This document shows, piece by piece, positions 62,489-64,000 of a stretch of 64,000 nt of DNA; the stretch's first letter is position 1; every line of letters starts with the position of its first letter. The notes under the pieces were generated by a model. That model did not search any database. It saw only the letters and a list, made by a program, of their open reading frames with translations, and had not been told where the DNA came from. The stretch spans positions 576,001-640,000 of the forward strand of contig OZ244742.1 of NCBI GenBank assembly GCA_965219415.1, written 5' to 3'. Both the position numbers and the translations under genes were made by a program. Source of the stretch: Candidatus Marinacidobacterales bacterium (GTDB lineage: Bacteria; Acidobacteriota; Vicinamibacteria; Marinacidobacterales; DATDRI01).

Positions 62489-64000
62489 TTATTCCTCCAA
62501 GGCGACGCCCTTTTCATTCAACGCCGCCCATACCTTGGCTGGAGTGATGGGAATATCGATGTTCCTGATTCCGAGATGCCACAGAGCATCGATCACCGCG
62601 TTGGCGATGGCCGGAGGGGCTCCAACGGTCGCCGACTCTCCGACTCCTTTGGCGCCGATCGGATGGTGCGGCGAAGGAGTAACCGTCTCGCCGGTCTCCC
62701 ACTTCGGGGTCTCGACTGCGGTGGGAATTAGATAGTCCATGAACGTACCGCCGTGCACGTTGCCGTCTTCATCGTAGGAGATTTCTTCCAGCAGTGCGGG
62801 CGCCAGCCCCATCGTGAGACCCCCATGGATCTGTCCTTCGACGATCATCGGGTTGATGCGAACGCCGCAGTCGTCCACCGCTACGAAGCGCCGCACCTTC
62901 ACCTCTCCAGTACCCCGATCGATGTCCACCACACAGACGTAGGACCCGAAAGGATAGGTCAGGTTGGGAGGATCGTAGTAAGAGACGGCTTCCAATCCTC
63001 CCTCTACTCCCTGGGGGAAGTTGGTGTATGCGGCGAACGTGATCTCTTGGATCGTCTTTGCGCGATCCGGCGAGCCCTTCACGTAGAACTTGCCCTTCTC
63101 CCAGACCAGGTCGTCTTCCGAGGCTTCGAGCAAGTGAGCCGCGATTTTCTTCGCTTTCTCACGAACCTTCCGTGCCGCCATGGCGCCCGCCGCACCGGCG
63201 GTAGGCGTACTGCGACTTGCGTAGGTGCCCAAGCCGTAAGGAGCCGTATCGGTATCTCCCTCTTCGACCTGGATGTCCTCGGGCGGCATTCCGAGCTCCT
63301 CGGCGATGATCTGCGCGTAGGTGGTCTCGTGTCCCTGCCCCTGCGACTTCGTACCGAAGCGCGCGATGGCCTTTCCCGTCGGGTGTAATCGGAGCTCACA
63401 GGAGTCAAACATCTTGAGGCCGAGAATGTCGAACTGCTTGGAAGGTCCGGCACCGACGATCTCCGTGAACGAAGAGATCCCGATGCCCATGAGCTCGCCC
63501 TTCTTCCGTTTCTCCGCCTGCTCCTTGCGCAGCTCCTTATAGCCAATCATGTCCACGGCCTTCTGGAGCGCCTTCCCATAGTCCCCGCTGTCGTACTCCC
63601 ACCCGAGCGCGGACTTGTAGGGGAACTGCTCCTTCTTGATGAAGTTCTTCATGCGGAATTCGACCGGATCTATCTTTAACTCATGGGCCATGATGTCGGC
63701 CATACGCTCGATGGCGTGGACCGCCTCCGTTACTCGGAAGGAGCACCGATAGGCGATGCCTCCGGGTGGCTTGTTGGTGTAGACACCGTCGACCTCCACG
63801 AAAGCGTTCTTGAAGTCGTAAGAGCCCGTGCAGATGTGAAAGAGGCCGGCGGGAAACTTCGACGGCTGCGCGGCGGCATCGCTATAGCCATGATCGGCGA
63901 TCGTTTTCATACGAACGGAAGTCAATGTACCATCCTTTTTCGCCGCCACCGACGCCTTGATGTGATAGTCGCGCCCGAAAGAGTCGGCCTGCAGATTCTC
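62489..64000 (-). CDS. coxL: form I aerobic CO dehydrogenase large subunit (5' part outside the window)
   Basis: Active-site AYRCSFR (63734-63754), GTYASRST and HHPIGAKGVGES motifs. Confidence 0.95.
   Translation of the reverse strand, partial: ENLQADSFGRDYHIKASVAAKKDGTLTSVRMKTIADHGYSDAAAQPSKFPAGLFHICTGSYDFKNAFVEVDGVYTNKPPGGIAYRCSFRVTEAVHAIERMADIMAHELKIDPVEFRMKNFIKKEQFPYKSALGWEYDSGDYGKALQKAVDMIGYKELRKEQAEKRKKGELMGIGISSFTEIVGAGPSKQFDILGLKMFDSCELRLHPTGKAIARFGTKSQGQGHETTYAQIIAEELGMPPEDIQVEEGDTDTAPYGLGTYASRSTPTAGAAGAMAARKVREKAKKIAAHLLEASEDDLVWEKGKFYVKGSPDRAKTIQEITFAAYTNFPQGVEGGLEAVSYYDPPNLTYPFGSYVCVVDIDRGTGEVKVRRFVAVDDCGVRINPMIVEGQIHGGLTMGLAPALLEEISYDEDGNVHGGTFMDYLIPTAVETPKWETGETVTPSPHHPIGAKGVGESATVGAPPAIANAVIDALWHLGIRNIDIPITPAKVWAALNEKGVALEE

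Overview
GC-rich bacterial chromosome segment, most likely Acidobacteriota (inferred from the ADOP-type duplicated permease, the kinase-TolB/TPR protein and the gene order). Many single-base frameshifts in otherwise intact genes suggest long-read assembly indels. Positions 1-10 kb are a decayed accessory zone next to tRNA-Met: HNH and integrase relics, an IS91-like scrap, truncated FGGY, kinase and outer-membrane-factor genes, and ISL3 copy 1. Positions 10-34 kb hold a sigma54-driven permease, a MASE1/PAS/GAF kinase, an M28 peptidase, a RAYT (Y1 HUH) element with terminal inverted repeats, moxR-DUF58-tgpA, tRNA-Val, and acyl-CoA dehydrogenase-meaB-mce-mtnP-pfkB. Positions 34-46 kb carry a form II coxSLM-coxD-coxE-xdhC operon coupled to attEFGH-like genes and followed by a puuD-like gene. 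Positions 46-56 kb are a second accessory patch with IS3, a radical SAM gene and ISL3 copy 2. Positions 59-64 kb hold the 3' end of a true form I aerobic CO dehydrogenase cluster (AYRCSFR motif), with an XdhC-YHS fusion, coxG, a molybdopterin-binding gene and an unknown Cys-rich exported protein. No CRISPR array or rRNA was seen. The best candidates for new biology are the paired form I/form II cox loci with their unusual accessory genes, the repeat-bounded RAYT element, the conserved ISL3 frameshift and the integrase abutting the 5' end of the tRNA.
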